A DNA stretch of 64,000 bases from Lama guanicoe (lineage: Eukaryota), in assembly GCA_013239625.1 (NCBI GenBank), contig MU054204.1, positions 867,537 to 931,536 on the forward strand. The letters are read 5' to 3'. The translations under genes and the position numbers were made by a program. Under the pieces are notes generated by a model, which was given only the letters and a program-made list of their open reading frames with translations, was not told where the DNA came from and did not search any database. Below, piece by piece: positions 46,380 to 60,858 of the stretch (within the stretch, counting starts at the first letter, position 1; every line of letters begins with the position of its first letter).

Positions 46380-48610
46380 TGATAAAACCATCAATAAACT
46401 AGGAATAGATGAGAACTTCCTCAACTTGATTAAATCCAACTATGAAAAGCCCAGAGCTAACATCAGAATTAATGGTGAAAGACTGAATGCTTTCCCTTAA
46501 AATCAGGAAAAAGATGAGATGTACAACGTCACATCTTCTCTACAACATGGTACTAAAAGTTCGAGCCAGGGCAACTACACCAGAAAAAGAAAGAAGAAGC
46601 ATCCAGACTGGAAAATAAGAAGTAACACTATCTGCAAATATAGATGACACAATCATATATAGAGAAAATCCCAAGAAAGTCACTAAAAAAACTATTAGAA
46701 CTAATAAATGAGTTCAGCAAAGCTGCAGGACAAAAAATCAATAGCATTTTCATCCACTATCAATGAGCAATCTAGGGGGAGGGTATAGCTCAGTGGTAGA
46801 GTGCGTGCTTAGTATGTATGAGGTCCTGCGTTCAATCCCCAGTACCTCCATTAAAAAAATTTTTAATGAACAATCTGAAATGAAATTAAGAAAACAACTG
46901 CATTTATAGGATCATCCAAAATAATAAGACACTTAGAATAAAGTTAACAAAAGAAATACCAAACGTGTACTCTGAAAACTCTAAAATATTCTTAAAAGAA
47001 ATTAAACGAGACCTAAATAAATGGAAAGACATCCCATGACAGACAATAACAAGTGTTGGCGAGAATGTGAAGCAATTGGAACCCTCATCCATTGCTACTA
47101 GGAATGCAGAACACTGCAGCTGCTTAAGGGGGAAAAAATGATTTGGCAGTTTCTCAAAATATTAAACACAGAATTACAATATGACAGCAATTCCACTCCT
47201 TGGTACATAGCCAAGAGAAATGAAAATACAGAGTCACCGAAAACTTGTACACTAATGTTCATAGTCGCATTATTCATAATAGCCAAGAAATAGAAAACAA
47301 CTCCAAAAATCTATCAGCTGATGAACAAAATGTGGAATATCCACACAATGGAATCTTATTCAGCCAAAAAATGAATGAAGTACTGTCAACTGCTACAACA
47401 TGGATGAACCTTGAAAACATTATGCTGAATGAAAGGAGCCAGTCACAAAAGACCACATACTGTAAGATTTTATTTAAAGGAAATTTCCAGAATAAGCAAA
47501 TCTACAGAGATAGGAAATAGACTGATGGTGGCCTAGGGCTGGAGTGGAGATTGAAGGGCATGAGACTGACTGCTAATGGACACAGGATGTCTTTCAGGGT
47601 GATGAAAATATTCTATAATTAGATTGTGGTGATGGTTGCACAACTCTAAATGTAATAAAAACCATTCAATTGTCATACATTAAATAGGTGGATTGTATGG
47701 TATTAGATAAGTTACGTCAAAATAAGTCTTTTAAATTGTTAACAGTCTATCTAAACAAATCAATTAAAGGCAAAAATCTACAGACTGAATTTAGAAACCA
47801 AGAATCTATGTACTACATGCTGCCTATTAAAAACCCTACTTTAAATAAAATGACGCAAATAAAAGAGGCAATTTAAGGCTACAATGAAATACCACTATGC
47901 ACCTATTAGAATGGCTAAAATTAAAAACGCTAACCAGATCAAGTATTGGGACAGATGTGGAGCAACTGAAACTCACTGACTCCACAATTTTACATTCCCA
48001 TCAGCAACAACTTTGTATAACAGGTTGGCAGTTTCTTCAAAGTTAAACATACACTTACCATATGACTCAATGTCAGCTATTTACTCAAGAGAAATGAAAG
48101 CATAATGTCCTAGAAAGATCTGCTCACAAATGTTCACAGCAGCACTAGTCATAGTAGCTAAAAAACAAAAATAACTCCAGTGTCCAGCAGCAGGGGAATG
48201 GATAAATACATTGTGGTATGTCCATACAATAGGATAATAAAAGAAATGAACTACTGGTACATACAACATGGATGACTCTCAAAATAATTATGCTGAACAA
48301 AAGGAGCGAAACAAAAGAGACTACATACTGTATGATTCCCTTTACATAAAACTTTAGAAAATGCAAATTAACACATAGCGATAGGAAGTAGTTTAGGAAG
48401 GCAGTGCAGTTCCCCATTGGTTGAGAAGGAAAAAATTAACAAAGGGCTGGGAAGAAACTTTTGGAGGTAATGGATATTTTCATTATCTTGATTGTGGCAA
48501 TGGTTTCACAGACGGATTTCAAAACTTATCACAAAACTTATCACACTGTACACGTTAAATATGTGCCATTTATTGTGTGTCATTATGTCTCAATAAAGCT
48601 GATAAAAATA
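46380..48610 (+). mobile_element. Old L1M ORF2/3' fragments with a nested SINE (46775-46859)
   Basis: ORF track KLGIDENFLNLIK..NGERLNAFP and TTWMNLENIMLNERSQ are L1 motifs. SINE TSD AATGA(G/A)CAATCT. Confidence 0.82.
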
Positions 48611-48709
48611 GATAAAAATCACATGTTCTCAAGGCCAACAGGATCTCACAAATCAATAAACCAACCCCAGGCAGATCCTTCAGCTCCTTTGTTACTTTGA
48701 TGCTCCTGG

Positions 48710-48893
48710 GTTTTTTGTTGTTGTTGTTGTTGTTTGTTTCTTTCTTTCTTTCTTTAATTTTGTTTAAAGTCTTTATTGGTTATTTAAATTTTATACGCTA
48801 TATTATTGCATTTTTTTTTTATGGAAGTACTGGGATTGAACCCAGGACCTAGTGCATGCTAAGCATACGCTCAACCAATAGCTATACCCTCTC
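48710..48893 (-). mobile_element. Vic-1-type SINE with (GTT)n/(CTTT)n tail
   Basis: Consensus body, flanks (T)(G/A)CTCCTGG(G/T)TTT. Confidence 0.85.
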
Positions 48894-49859
48894 TTCAATA
48901 CTCCTGGTTTTAAGCTGAGGATTATGACCCCTCAGTGTTCACCTTCTAAGTGGAATGAGCAACCCAAGACAACAACACAAGACAGAGCTATTTCCATCCT
49001 GCTGCTGGGTGTCCTGGAAGCACATATGTGTTGTTGCATGTGACACAATTTTTAGACATTGTACATATTGATATAGTTCAAGAAAGATTTTTTTCCTGGG
49101 ATTTTGGCGACTCAGTCACTAATAGACTGAGACAGGATAAAGTCATCCCACATCAGGTCTCTAAGAATCTGCTGTTGAGAGAGGGCTTGTGGAAATGAAC
49201 AATGTGATGGCTAAAAGAATGAGCCTTGGAGACAAGTGCCCTGCACACAGTAAATGCTCAAAAAACTGGCAAAAAATAATTTAATAAAAATAGCAGAATT
49301 TAAAATTAAATACCATTAATTCCAAATTTGCCATAATCTAGATTATAGCTGGGTAGAAAGATATCTTCATATAGGGACAAGGGAGTTTAAATAAAAGCAT
49401 CAATTGCATGAGCAGGATTTCAGGGGGCATGAGAAATCCACTCAAGCAAATTAAACTTAGAGGTCCTTCAGAAGGAATCTATTTGCAGTTTAATACAGTT
49501 AGCACAGACTGCCTATATTTCAAATCCTAACATCATGCCTTCATATCTTGTAACCTTGGGCAAGATACCAAACCTCTACATGACTCCATTTCTTCACCTA
49601 TAAAATGGAGGTGAAAATAGTATCTATCTCACAGGGTTGGTGGATTCATGAGTTAGTCTTTGTAAAGTGCTTAGAACAAAGCCTGGCACTAAATTGCTAC
49701 TTGTTCATTAAAGCTGTGATTGGCAAAAGTTTGTTTCAATCTATACTTTTTGCTCAAATACAGTAATTTTACTCACAACTGGATGGAATTAATGAAGTAT
49801 TTTTTCAGAAGTAAACACTCACCTACTCCTCCTAAGTTCTTTCAAAAGGGCATATCTTA

Positions 49860-50454
49860 CATGCACCCCAGTGTTCATAGCAGCACTATATACAATAGCC
49901 AAGGCATGGAAGCAACCTAAATGTCCATTGACAGGTGACTGGATAAAGAAGCTGTGGTATATTTATACAATGGAATACTATTCAGCTGTAAAAAGAATAA
50001 AATAATGCCATTTGCAGCAACATGGATGGACCTGGAGATTGTCATTCTAAGTAAAGTAAGCCAGAAAGAGAAAGAAAAATAGCATATGACATCATGCATA
50101 TGTGGAATCTAAAAAAAAAAAAGGAAGAAAAAAGAGGACCCTATGAACTCATCTGCAAAACAGAAACAGACTTGCAGACATAGTAAACAATCTTATGATT
50201 ACCAGGGGAAAGAGGGTGGGAAGGGATAAATTTGGGAGTTTGAGATCCACAAATGTTAACCACAATACATAAAAATAGATAAAAAAACAAATTATTTCTA
50301 TATAGCACAGGGAACTACATTCAATATCTTGTAATAACCTTTAATGAAAAAGAATACAAAAACAAATATATGTATATATATGCATGACTGGGACATTATG
50401 CTGTACACCAGAAATTGATACACTGTAACTGACTATACCTCAGTTTAAAAAAAA
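49860..50454 (+). mobile_element. Young L1 3' end
   Basis: L1 ORF2 end and 3' UTR with TSD CATATCTT. Confidence 0.92.
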
Positions 50455-51210
50455 GAACATATCTTGTTTGCTGCTCTAATTTTAACACCAAAAAAAGTTC
50501 AATTCTTTAAAACATCATTTGACATTTTCTGGCACATAGTCGGTGGTCAGTAAATGGTCGCTGAACAAATATTCTTCTGGATCAAAGCAAATTTACCATA
50601 CTTAATATTACTGTTTCTACAGTCAGAGTTAAAAATGCAACATGCATCCCATCTAAGTAGGAAATAATCCCAAAAAGGTAGTGTTACCACCTAACCAGTT
50701 AACCAACTTCAATGAAGTTGCCCAAGATAAGAAAGGTGCTAGTTCATTGCAAAAGCAGCAGAAATTAAGGCTTTGGTTTCAGCCAAAATGATGATGCATT
50801 GCAGGCATTGCTTAGCACTTTTTGGCGATTACAAGAAAAAAGACAGACTTAATGGCCCACAAACAGGAAGAACATGGACTATATCCTAAACTTCCTCACT
50901 GGGAAACAACGGTCTTCAAAGTAACTGACATGAAACTTACCTGTCACCCCTCTTTTGAGGGGAATAGTGACCTAGTTTGTAATGCTTGTCCTGAGATACA
51001 TTTTAAAAAGAGAAATTAAATTCACTTTTATCTAATGTAAGGTCAGAATCAAGCAAAAAGATTTCCTTGCTTTGAGTGCCCCAGGTGAGCAGAAGTTGTA
51101 AGCATCCTCTCCACAGATAGTATTAAGTAAAGTGTCCTTAAAAGAATCAGCCAGGTAGCTACCACTTTGTCCTGGGGTCTGCCAGACATTTCTGTCCCTC
51201 CTCCTTTCTT

Positions 51211-51670
51211 TCAGTCGGTTTACAACATTGGTTAATTTCTGGTGTACAGCATAATGATTCAGTTATACATATATTTATGTGTATATATACATATATATAT
51301 TCCTTTTCATATTTTTTCATTATGGGCTATTACAAGGTATTGAATATAGTTCCCTGTGCTATACAGTAGGATAGGACCTTGTTTATCTATTTTATACATA
51401 ATAGTATCTGCAAATCCCAAACTCCCAGTTTATCCCTACACCCCTCCCTCTTTCTCCCTTGGTAACCACAAGTTTGTTTTCTATGTCTGTGAGTCTGTTT
51501 CTGTTTTGTAAGTAAGTTCATTTGTGTCCTTTTTTCAGATTCCACATATAAGTGATATCATATGGTATTTTTCTTTCCCTTTCTGGCTTATTTCAGTCAT
51601 TATACAAGGGAATACTACTCAGCCATAAAAATAATAAAATAATGCCGTTTGCAGCAACATGGATGGACCT
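51211..51670. mobile_element. 5'-inverted L1 3' fragment
   Basis: 51211-51595 is antisense 3' UTR and 51600-51670 is the sense upstream piece. Flanks CCTCC(T/A)CCTTTCT. Confidence 0.8.
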
Positions 51671-51964
51671 CCACCTTTCTAGACTACTTTTACGTTACTG
51701 TGATGGCCACCTGTTCCAATAGTCTCTTCTTCAAGCCTCATCAGCCTCTCCTCAATCCTCAAACCACATACTTCACTGAGAAGAAAGATTGACAAATATG
51801 AGCTTTCTTGTTGTTTGCCTCTCCAGTCTCAAGGGGAGGGCTACTGCTCCAACATGACTTGTTCCTTCCGGCTTCCATCCTTTTACACAAACCATTCAGC
51901 TGTGCCTGGAATCACTTGCTCTTGCCCCTCTACTCCACCCTAAGTCAAACACTTCCTTAAAAAT

Positions 51965-52255
51965 ATTTTTTTGTTTTGCTTTTTTTTGGGGGGGTGGAGG
52001 AAAGATAACTAGGTTTATTTATTTATTTAATGGCAGTACTAAGGATTGAACCCAGGACCTCATGCATGCGAAGCACATGCTCTACCACTGAGCTATTTCC
52101 CTACCTACCTAAAAATATTTTTATTTATTTTTAAAATAATTTTGGGGAGTAACTAGGTTTGTTTGTTTGTTTGTTTAATGGAGGTACTGAGGATTGAACC
52201 CAGGACCTTGTGCATGCAAAGCAAACACTCTACCACTGAGCTATACCCTCCTCCC
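51965..52255 (-). mobile_element. Two tandem Vic-1-type SINEs
   Basis: Two consensus bodies (~51965-52108 and ~52127-52255). Confidence 0.88.
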
Positions 52256-52559
52256 TATTTTATGTTTTTATACAATGCATGTTCCTCACTTTTTTCACCA
52301 CTCACCTCCTTCTGGAGTCACCAGCTGGCTGTTCATTAAGTCTGCATCCCTTTCACCACCATGTATGGTACTTACTCAGGTATGTCAAGTCCCTAATCTC
52401 ATTCTACTCCTGGGTTTTCAGCTCATACTATCACCTCAAGGCTAAGATGGCACCATATCAATCTGTTATTAACACTATACGTGGGTTGAGCCAGGAAGTG
52501 GGTGGGGACCTTCATGCTCAAGACAAGAAATATGGAACTGGGCCAGGCTTGAACTTAAT

Positions 52560-53125
52560 GAAAGAGGCCAAGTTCTCATTTGGGGAAAGCTCAAGGTGAC
52601 CATGATATTTAAGGCGTCGTCGCCTAGGGACTACCAAGGACAAGTCTGTAATCTAACCAAGTCAGATTCATACACTCATTATAAGGAAGGGTGCTCCAGA
52701 GGAACCATGGGACACTGCTCACCAAGAAGGAGGAGGGGAACATCTTTGGGGGATGTTTCTGAATGATTCTGAGGTGGGCCTGAGGAAACTGGGGATTGGT
52801 TCTGGACTGCTTATTATTTCTGAGGTGGGATTAGGAGAAACGGGGATAAACTAGGGATTGGATGCTCTTCTGAGGCAAAGGCAGCTCAGCAATTGTTAAG
52901 CCCCAGTAATAGATGGAAAGAGCAGAGTGGGTCTGGGGCATTATTAACAAGAAAGCAGCATTCACTGAGAGAGGGTACCTGTATGCTTTTTCATAGCTGC
53001 TACCTGAGTCAGGAAGCAACAATGTTTCCTGTTAACTTTGCAGTCTTCTTTAGCAGTGTCTGTCCTCCCAGCCCAATGAACAGCAAGAGCTGACTTATTT
53101 TTTTTTCAGTCCCAGCTAATTCTCC
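52560..53125. mobile_element. Ancient LTR (LTR78-like)
   Basis: GAACCATGGG...TGTTTCCTGTTAACTTTGCAG...GTGTCTGT..CCCAGCC...CAGTCCCAGCTAATT resembles the recalled LTR78 consensus. Confidence 0.55.
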
Positions 53126-53590
53126 CATCCTGGACGTCTTTGACTCTTTCAATGAGATGGATATGGTGAGATGCATGCATTGCACCTTCCAGTTGATTTT
53201 CAGTCCTGCAGATATTTAGATCTGAGAACAAATTATACAACCAAGAAGAAGCTGGACTATATCTACTGACTTTGAATGTTTAGGTAGGAAACTGAAGACT
53301 TTAAGCTTTTTATCTCTTCTTCCTTTTGAAGGTCATGACTTTTGATTAGAAGGGAGGATATGGGAAGTGAATATATTGCTATTTAGATGATGTCAAAGAA
53401 TAGGATGTGGTTTTCTGGATAATCATTTAAGATCTCAGGATGATGAACTTCTGGCAAGGGATGGAGGAAATTGCACACAGACTGGGAAGAAATGATTTTG
53501 CTGGGGATTCATGAACATGACGAATATGGTTGGAAAATGTTAAGGAAAGGAAAAAATACCACCAAAAATGTGACATAGAAAGAAAAACCA

Positions 53591-53694
53591 GGGGTAGGTA
53601 TAATTAAGTGGTAGAGCACTGTGCTTAACATGCGTAAGATCCTGGGTTCAATCCCCAGTAACTTCACTAAGAAAGAAACAGATAGATAGGTAGA

Positions 53695-53738
<44 letters not shown>

Positions 53739-53787
53739 AAGACAGATAGTAAAATGCCAACCAAAAAAAAAAAACAGACAGAGAGAG
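53591..53787 (+). mobile_element. Vic-1-type SINE with (GATA)n(GACA)n compound microsatellite
   Basis: SINE head 53591-53668, repeat ~53680-53748. Confidence 0.85.
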
Positions 53788-54409
53788 CGCTAGTGAGATG
53801 GCATCTGGCACTAGATCATAGAAGGCAGTACAGTATAATAGTTAAGGAGAGGTTTGGAGCCAGGCTGACCAGGGTGCTGACTCTTCCTTGCCATGTAATC
53901 TTGGTTAAAACCCTTACTTCTCTGAACCCTCATTAGCCCATCCATAAAATGGGTATTAGAATATTTACTTCACTAGGCTGACATGAAAACTAAAGGCTAT
54001 AATGCATTCAAATATGTATCACAGTGTGTGGCCCAGAGTAAGCACCCAAAAGGCGGCCACTATCATCATCGTTGTTATCATCACTGTCATTTGCAGTAAA
54101 AAGGTGGTATGGTACTTTCTTATGTAATTTAACAAGCCAGATGGTGGAAACATAGTGAATAACGGTTGAGAATAAAAGAAAAGAGAAAGAAATGATGTTA
54201 TTAGGTCATGTTACGAACATCTCTGGAATACAAGAAAGGTATAGTATTGAATTATATCCCCTCTTCCTCATACTTCTTTTCCCCTCTAAACAAGCAGGGG
54301 CAATCTTGTGTATACAAACACACACACACATCCCTTCCCTCCTCTGTTTTCTGTATCTCAGGACATCCAACCCACCCAATCTGAATTTCAAAGTCAATGC
54401 TGACCTATG

Positions 54410-55990
54410 AGAGGTCAGTTTTTAGTAGCGGGAAGGGTGCACAAGCCAGATTTATGAGTTGAAGGCTGAAAAATGAAGAAATACAGATGGCTCTTTCAAG
54501 AAATTTTCAGATAAAATGGAAGGCAAAAGATTTCCTATGAGTCTATAGGGAATGTAGATTTGGGGGAAGGTAAAAGAGATTCTTGGATATGTCTACAGAT
54601 AGAAGAAAGAGCTCTTTGAGGAAAATACTAAAGATACTAGAGAGAAGGAAGAGATTAATGGAACACAGAGTATCTTTTTTTTTTTAAATGGAGGTACTCG
54701 GGATTGAACCCAGGACCTCATGCATGCTAAGCATGTGCTCTACCACTGAAGACAGAATATCATTAAGGAGGCATCAGGGGATAGGTAAAAAGAAAGACAG
54801 GTCAGCCTTGGGAAAGATGATACAAAAAGAATGAAGATAAAAGTAGCCATGGAAATAAATGTTACAAGGGAAGGACAGTTTGTGACCAGTGGGCTCTCTC
54901 CTCTCTGGGAAGTATGTAACTAGATTATCTGCTGGGGCTGGCGTTGGGGGAGTTGGGGATAGGGAAGGCTAAATTAGGGCACTGGAGGGGTGTGGTAAGA
55001 CAAAGGAACAGATGCTGTGGGAAATTAGAAAAGGAACCAACTAGGAATGTGTAAAAAAGGATTAGCCAGCAGCCGTTGAGGATCCAGCTGTGGTCAGAAA
55101 TCACAGTTTGGTCATGGATATAATCCACATGGGGAGGTGACTGTCCTGAGTACTGCTCAGCAGCCTGGGAACAGAACAGAAGCAAACAGATGCTAAAGTC
55201 CATAGAGGATTGTAGATTGGCAGGGCAGGTGCAGGGCAACGAGGGGCACGTGAGGGAATTGAGGAGACTGGTGGGAATTGGTATCAAATGGCTGGCAGGG
55301 TTTAGTGGCAGTGGGAAATGGCTGGGTGAGTGGGAAAGACTGTAGAAGCAGGAGAGGACTGAAGTCAGGAAGAAGAGACAAGGGAATTTGAGTGTCAATG
55401 AGGTCAGAGAGGCTGGGCAAGAGGAAGGGAATGCAGGAGGTGGAAGGTGAGAGGTACTAGTCCAAAAACTGATTTCAGAGTTTGAAACCTCAGAAGTAGA
55501 ATTGTTCCAGCTGGTGACGAGGCCCAAAGTGTAGCCACTGGGTGAAGTTACTGAAGCAGAATGAAAACAAAGGGCATAGTACTGGAGGTCAAAGAAGTGT
55601 TATGCTGGAGATTTGATTATGCATCCATGTGGCCACTGACATGGTCTAGGATGATGCCAGGGGTCAGGATTCCATAAGACACTAAGCTACATGCCAGTGG
55701 CCTCAAAAATGGTAAGCAGGTAACCCATGGATCAGTCTATGCCAATGAGGACAGTTGTATATGATGCAATGGCACACACACTAAAGAATAAGGTAAAAGG
55801 AAGGTGTTGAACAATATCCTGGAGCAGAAGCGAGCTTTGAGATTGAGGAACTATAAGAGAGTGAGCAGCTTCCATTAAAGAGGGTAGTGGAAAAAAAATA
55901 CTGTCATCAAGGCAAAGAGTTCTGGCAAAATGGTTGTGAATATAGGGACATTTCTTGACCAAAGTAAGGATTTCTGGAGGCCACAAGAGA
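54410..55990 (-). mobile_element. Long degenerate L2 with a nested SINE (54674-54749)
   Basis: Purine-rich antisense L2 ORF2-like sequence. The SINE is flanked by ACAGA(G/A)TATC. Confidence 0.55.
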
Positions 55991-56299
55991 TCTGAGAAGG
56001 GAGTGTCAGCCTGGGAGCAATATGCCTATGAAAGGAAAAGGGCTGTACTGAACTTATAAGGGGACAATTTCATCCTCTCGGATGCTGAGGAAGCAGCGGG
56101 AGGAACTAGACTTCTGTGTAAGTTTGACCAAGAAAGAAGAACTGACTGGTAAAAAGTAGAAGTGAAAGAAACTTTAGGAAATACGGCCATGTCATCTTAA
56201 GTTTCCCACCTTACTGGTGGGTAATGACCAAGGACAAAAAAGTGTGATAGGTACCAAGATATTCCCCCAGATAACGGAAACAAAAATTTTTACAAGAGA

Positions 56300-58760
56300 C
56301 CACAGTGACACTTAAACAGACTACGATTTAAGAGGAGTAAAAGATTTTAGGGAAAAAGTTCTCATAATAGCATCAATCTCCCGTGATCTTGAAGGAAAAA
56401 AAAAAGGAGAAATGACTAAAGAACACAAAGTAGCGACACAGGAAACATGCTGGCAGGCTACAGGAACTAATGTAGCTACAGCAAGCTCAGATTTTTCAAG
56501 GTAAGATCACTACCCCTAAATAGAAGATACATGTGAACAGGTGACAAAGAGAGTGAGGGAGTAAAAACACCAGCAGGCTGACTCGGTTCCTATTTCTAGT
56601 CCATCTTCAATGATCAGGATAATTTTCACATTGGAAACGGTGGCACAAATACAAATAATGGTTTGACAAAGCCCAACGGATACTGAAATACTGAGACTAG
56701 CCAGCAGTTTAAAATGAGATTGGGTCTCTGGGCCCACATCAAGGACACCCTGTGGTACTGAGAGACCCAACATTTCTGATTGAGAAGCCACTGCTGGTCA
56801 CCTCCAAAAGTTCACGGCCAACTACAGAAATGAAGGATGACTATTGTTGGACAACTAACAGCCTAATTTTCAAAGGTCAGATTATTTCTAAAACAGCTCA
56901 GAAACCAAAGACCGTTGATTTTGATGAAAAAAAAACCAGTCTACAGGGGGATATTAAACTGATGGTTATGAGCAATGATCACATAGTGAGACTGGTAGAT
57001 TGAGGTAATGCCATTGACTGTTTTTGAGTTTCAGTAAGTCATTAAAGACATTTTACCCCATGGACTACATTCACATGAGAAAGTGAATTGCACCCTGCCC
57101 TATTATACAGGTAGATTTGATTTATGATCGATTGACTAACTTTACTCAAAAAGAACGCAAATGGAATGCTATTTGGCAACAAAAAGGAACAAACTATGGA
57201 TAAATGCAACAACTTGGATGAACCACAGGGAAATCGTGCTGCGTGAAAAAAAGAGCCAATCTCAAAAGGATACACATTGCAGGATTCTATTTATGTGGTA
57301 TTTGTGAAACACCGTAATTATAGAGATGGAGAATAGTTGCCAGGGTGTAGGCGCAGGGAGGGGGAAGGGATGTAGTTATAAAGGGGCAGAACAAGGGAGT
57401 CTTGTATTCATGACAGAGTTAAATACCTTGATCATGATGGTGGTTAACAAAGCCACACATATGATAAAATTTCATAGTGCTATACACACACACCATCTGA
57501 ATTAAGCTCTCTGGATTGTACCAATGTCATTTCTTGGTTTTGATATTGTGCTATAGTTGTGTAAGATATTAGCTTTGGGAGAAGATGGGGGAAGGGTGCA
57601 TAGGACTTTATACATTTCTTTGCAACATCCTCTGAATCTATTATTATCTCAAAATCAAAAGTTTTTTTTTAAAGAATACTACTTAATAGATCAATGTCAA
57701 CTCACAAAAGGAGATCTAGCTACTCATCTCGGGGTTCTGTACCTGGCACTACTGAGATGCCTTTTTTTTTTCTAGAGGAGGTACTGGGGATTGAATCCAA
57801 GATCTTGTACAAGCCAAGCATGTGCTCCACCACTTGAGCTATACCCTCCCACACCTCAAGATACCATTTTTAACCCAACAAGTTAAGGAAGACAGAGAAA
57901 GCATGTTCATCAAGCTTATGAATGATATTAAACACAGAAACACAGCTAATCTGTTTCCAAATAGAACTAGAATCCAAAAATATCAACAGGCTGGACCAGG
58001 ACTGAAATACAATATAAAGGTAGAAGCCACCGTATTGTATCCCCAGCACACAGCACAGTACCTGGTACAAAGAAAAGGGCTCAAAATAAATAAATAAATA
58101 AATGGTGAAAAAAATAAGTGAAGGCAAGTTTAAAAATATGCAACAGATTTAATGGAAGTTCATCTGAAAAGGCCCTTTAGCCAAAAGAATGATATTCCTG
58201 CAAGCTGACACAATTCTCCACTTCAGAACAAAGTATCTATTTGTTAAGGGAGGATAGAGGTAATTATTATATTATCACTGTGCTCTGCATTAATCTGACT
58301 ACATACATAGGACCAAGTCAAATCCTAGGGGCCATGTTTTAAAGGAGACATGAATCAACTAGAGTACATCCCAAGTAAGGCAACTAAGATGGTTAAGGGT
58401 CTAGAAATCGTGTTATATGGAGAATACTAGAAGAAACACAAGATATTTAGTCTGGAAAAGATAAGATGTGGCAGGTACAATGGATAGGTTAGATAATACT
58501 ATACTGTACACCATGATACAATGACAATATTAAATACTCCTTTGGAGGGTGCACGGCACTTTACAATTTACAATGTACTTTCATACAGCGTCCTTACCCA
58601 TCCAGCATCTTAAAGGATGGCAAGTAGAAAAAGGCTTAGATTTTTTTTTCTTTCTGTGCAGCATAATGGTTAGAGATTATAAAGAGACAGATTTCAGCTT
58701 AAAATAAAGAAGGATTTTCAAATATTTCAATCTTCATGACAACAGAATACCAATAACGGT
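56300..58760 (+). mobile_element. CR1/L3 ORF2 remnants interrupted by L1M (57160-57670), SINE (57762-57850) and MIR pieces
   Basis: Degenerate CR1 RT/C-terminal motifs, e.g. AAGGCAACTAAGATGGTTAAGGGTCTAGAA...TTTAGTCTGGAAAAGATAAGA (RATKMVKGLE...FSLEK.R). Confidence 0.6.
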
Positions 58761-58789
58761 AAGAGCAACAAGAAAGTGCCAGTAGAGGC

Positions 58790-58920
58790 AGGGGGAGGAG
58801 GGTATAGCTCAGTACACGTACACGAGGTCCTGGGTTCAATCTCCAGTATTGCCATTAAATAAACAAACAAAACAAACAAATTTAATTACCCCCCCAAAAA
58901 ATAAAACAAACAAAAAAAGA
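58790..58920 (+). mobile_element. Vic-1-type SINE with internal deletion
   Basis: GGGTATAGCTCAGT...CACGAGGTCCTGGGTTCAATC plus tail. Confidence 0.85.
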
Positions 58921-59290
58921 ACGAGCTAGTAGAATAAGCACTATAAGTTTGTCATCTAATTTAATCATCACAACAGTCCTATGAGGTAGGTACCATTATC
59001 CCCATGTCAAAGGTAAGAGAACTAATAGATACAGGGGTTAAATCATCTAACCAAAGCTAGAACCACAGCTAGTCAGCTGTCAACTAGAATTCAAATTCAG
59101 GCAGCCCCACTCCAGAACCACCACTTGCAGGGTAACTGAAACGATCACCCACTGCAGGGTGAGTGGACTGCTAGCCTGAGTCAGAGGCTGGACTAGATCA
59201 TATGTGAGACAGTAGGAGTCTAGGAATCTTGGATGTCAGGCTAGTTTGGACTGGAAACACAAATGGCTCTAGTGCAAAAAAAAAGTAACA

Positions 59291-59410
59291 TTTTGGGGGG
59301 TGCTAATTAAATGTATTTAGTTTTTACTTAATGGAGGTACTGGGGATTGAACCCAGGACCTCGTGCATGCTAAGCACACACTCTACCACTTGAGCTATAA
59401 CCTCCCCCCC
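59291..59410 (-). mobile_element. Vic-1-type SINE
   Basis: Consensus body. Confidence 0.88.
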
Positions 59411-60858
59411 AAAATATTTTAGTGTAGAGTTGACTAGGAAGGTAAGGGACACTGCTGTCAAAATCTTTCTTACACATATAACTTTAGTCTAGAAATGGCT
59501 GTTTATATTATTTCCTTATACCTCTGCTCTCCTTTGCTTTCTTGCAGAGTATTTTGACCACATTTCTGCAATTTCAGTCTTATCCTAGATTTATGACTGA
59601 GAAAAATAGCATAGTTCACGTGCACTGCAACTAAAAGAGCTATGCTATTATGTGTTATGTCCATATTGCCCCTAAACTGAAAACAAATAAAACAAAGCAA
59701 AACAAATGAACAAAAATACTAGCTCTAAGGCCCTAAAGCAGGTTGTCTGAGAATAAAGGCAACAGCAATCAAGTCCAAAGAGCTAAGACAGACCTTGGAG
59801 GTAGTGATACAGTTCTCTATACATTCGGATCAGTTTTGGCTTCACCAAAATTTGCAGTCTGAAGATCTAACATATCAGTGTCATCATAACTGAATCACAA
59901 AAGTACCTGTGAGCTATTTCCTATTTCAATCCCTGTCCCCGTCAACTGATGCAACGTATATTAAAACTGTAGAGCTCACTACACTTGGATAGTTTTAATT
60001 AACACATTTTCTCTGCTTGAATGTAAATTGAGAGTTCTACCACTGGGGAAATAGAGTAGGGTTCTCCTTCATTAAAGATTAAAAAAAGAACTAAGCCTGC
60101 CCTATTGAAAGTCAGTTTAATAGTTGCTAGATTGAACTGTCTTTGGAGTATGCAGTATGTGATTAAAAGTAGAGACAGAAGATAAAATACTGAGTCAAAT
60201 CTAGATGAATTTCTGAAAAAATAAATTAGAGGAAAATAAACCAAGGTCATCACAATAAGCAATCTGTATTCAGAAGTAGCCAAATTATCTCAAACTTCTG
60301 TTAACAGTTATGCTTATGGTATCTCAAGGGAATTGGAGGGTGGGGTGACAATAGCTCATCAGAAGCCTTAAAAAAATTCCAACTCTGTAAAATAAAAGGG
60401 TTTTGTTGCATTTCTACAGATATCTGTGTTCCCAGCCGCTGGGTTTTAGCTGGAACATAAGGAACAGAGGCTGCAACTACGGGCGGTAGCGTTTGGACTG
60501 CTTTATATAAACATCCTATGGTGAGGATGATGTCTGCCCAGACCACAAGGGGTAGAACCTGGAAAATGCAGCTAGCTGGGTGAAATTATATAGAAATCTT
60601 CCTGGGGAGGATACTCCTACTTAATTAATCAAAGACCTAGCCTACAGAACCTAGGAAAGGCCAGTTAGTACCAGACCCCAGAATCAATCCAGCCCAGGTC
60701 TGTCCACTTCAAAGGAATGAGCACTAGTCTGTCAGTGATGAGAAACAGCTCTGCCACTAGCCCGCCCAGCGACTCTGGCTAAATTACAACCTAAGGCTCA
60801 GTTTCTCCATGTATAAAGCAACATCTGGGGGAGGGGAGTTTGTTTTTGACCTCATAAC

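Noticed and set aside
54925..55527. 200-aa minus-strand ORF
   Set aside because: Low-complexity S/L/P translation of degenerate L2.
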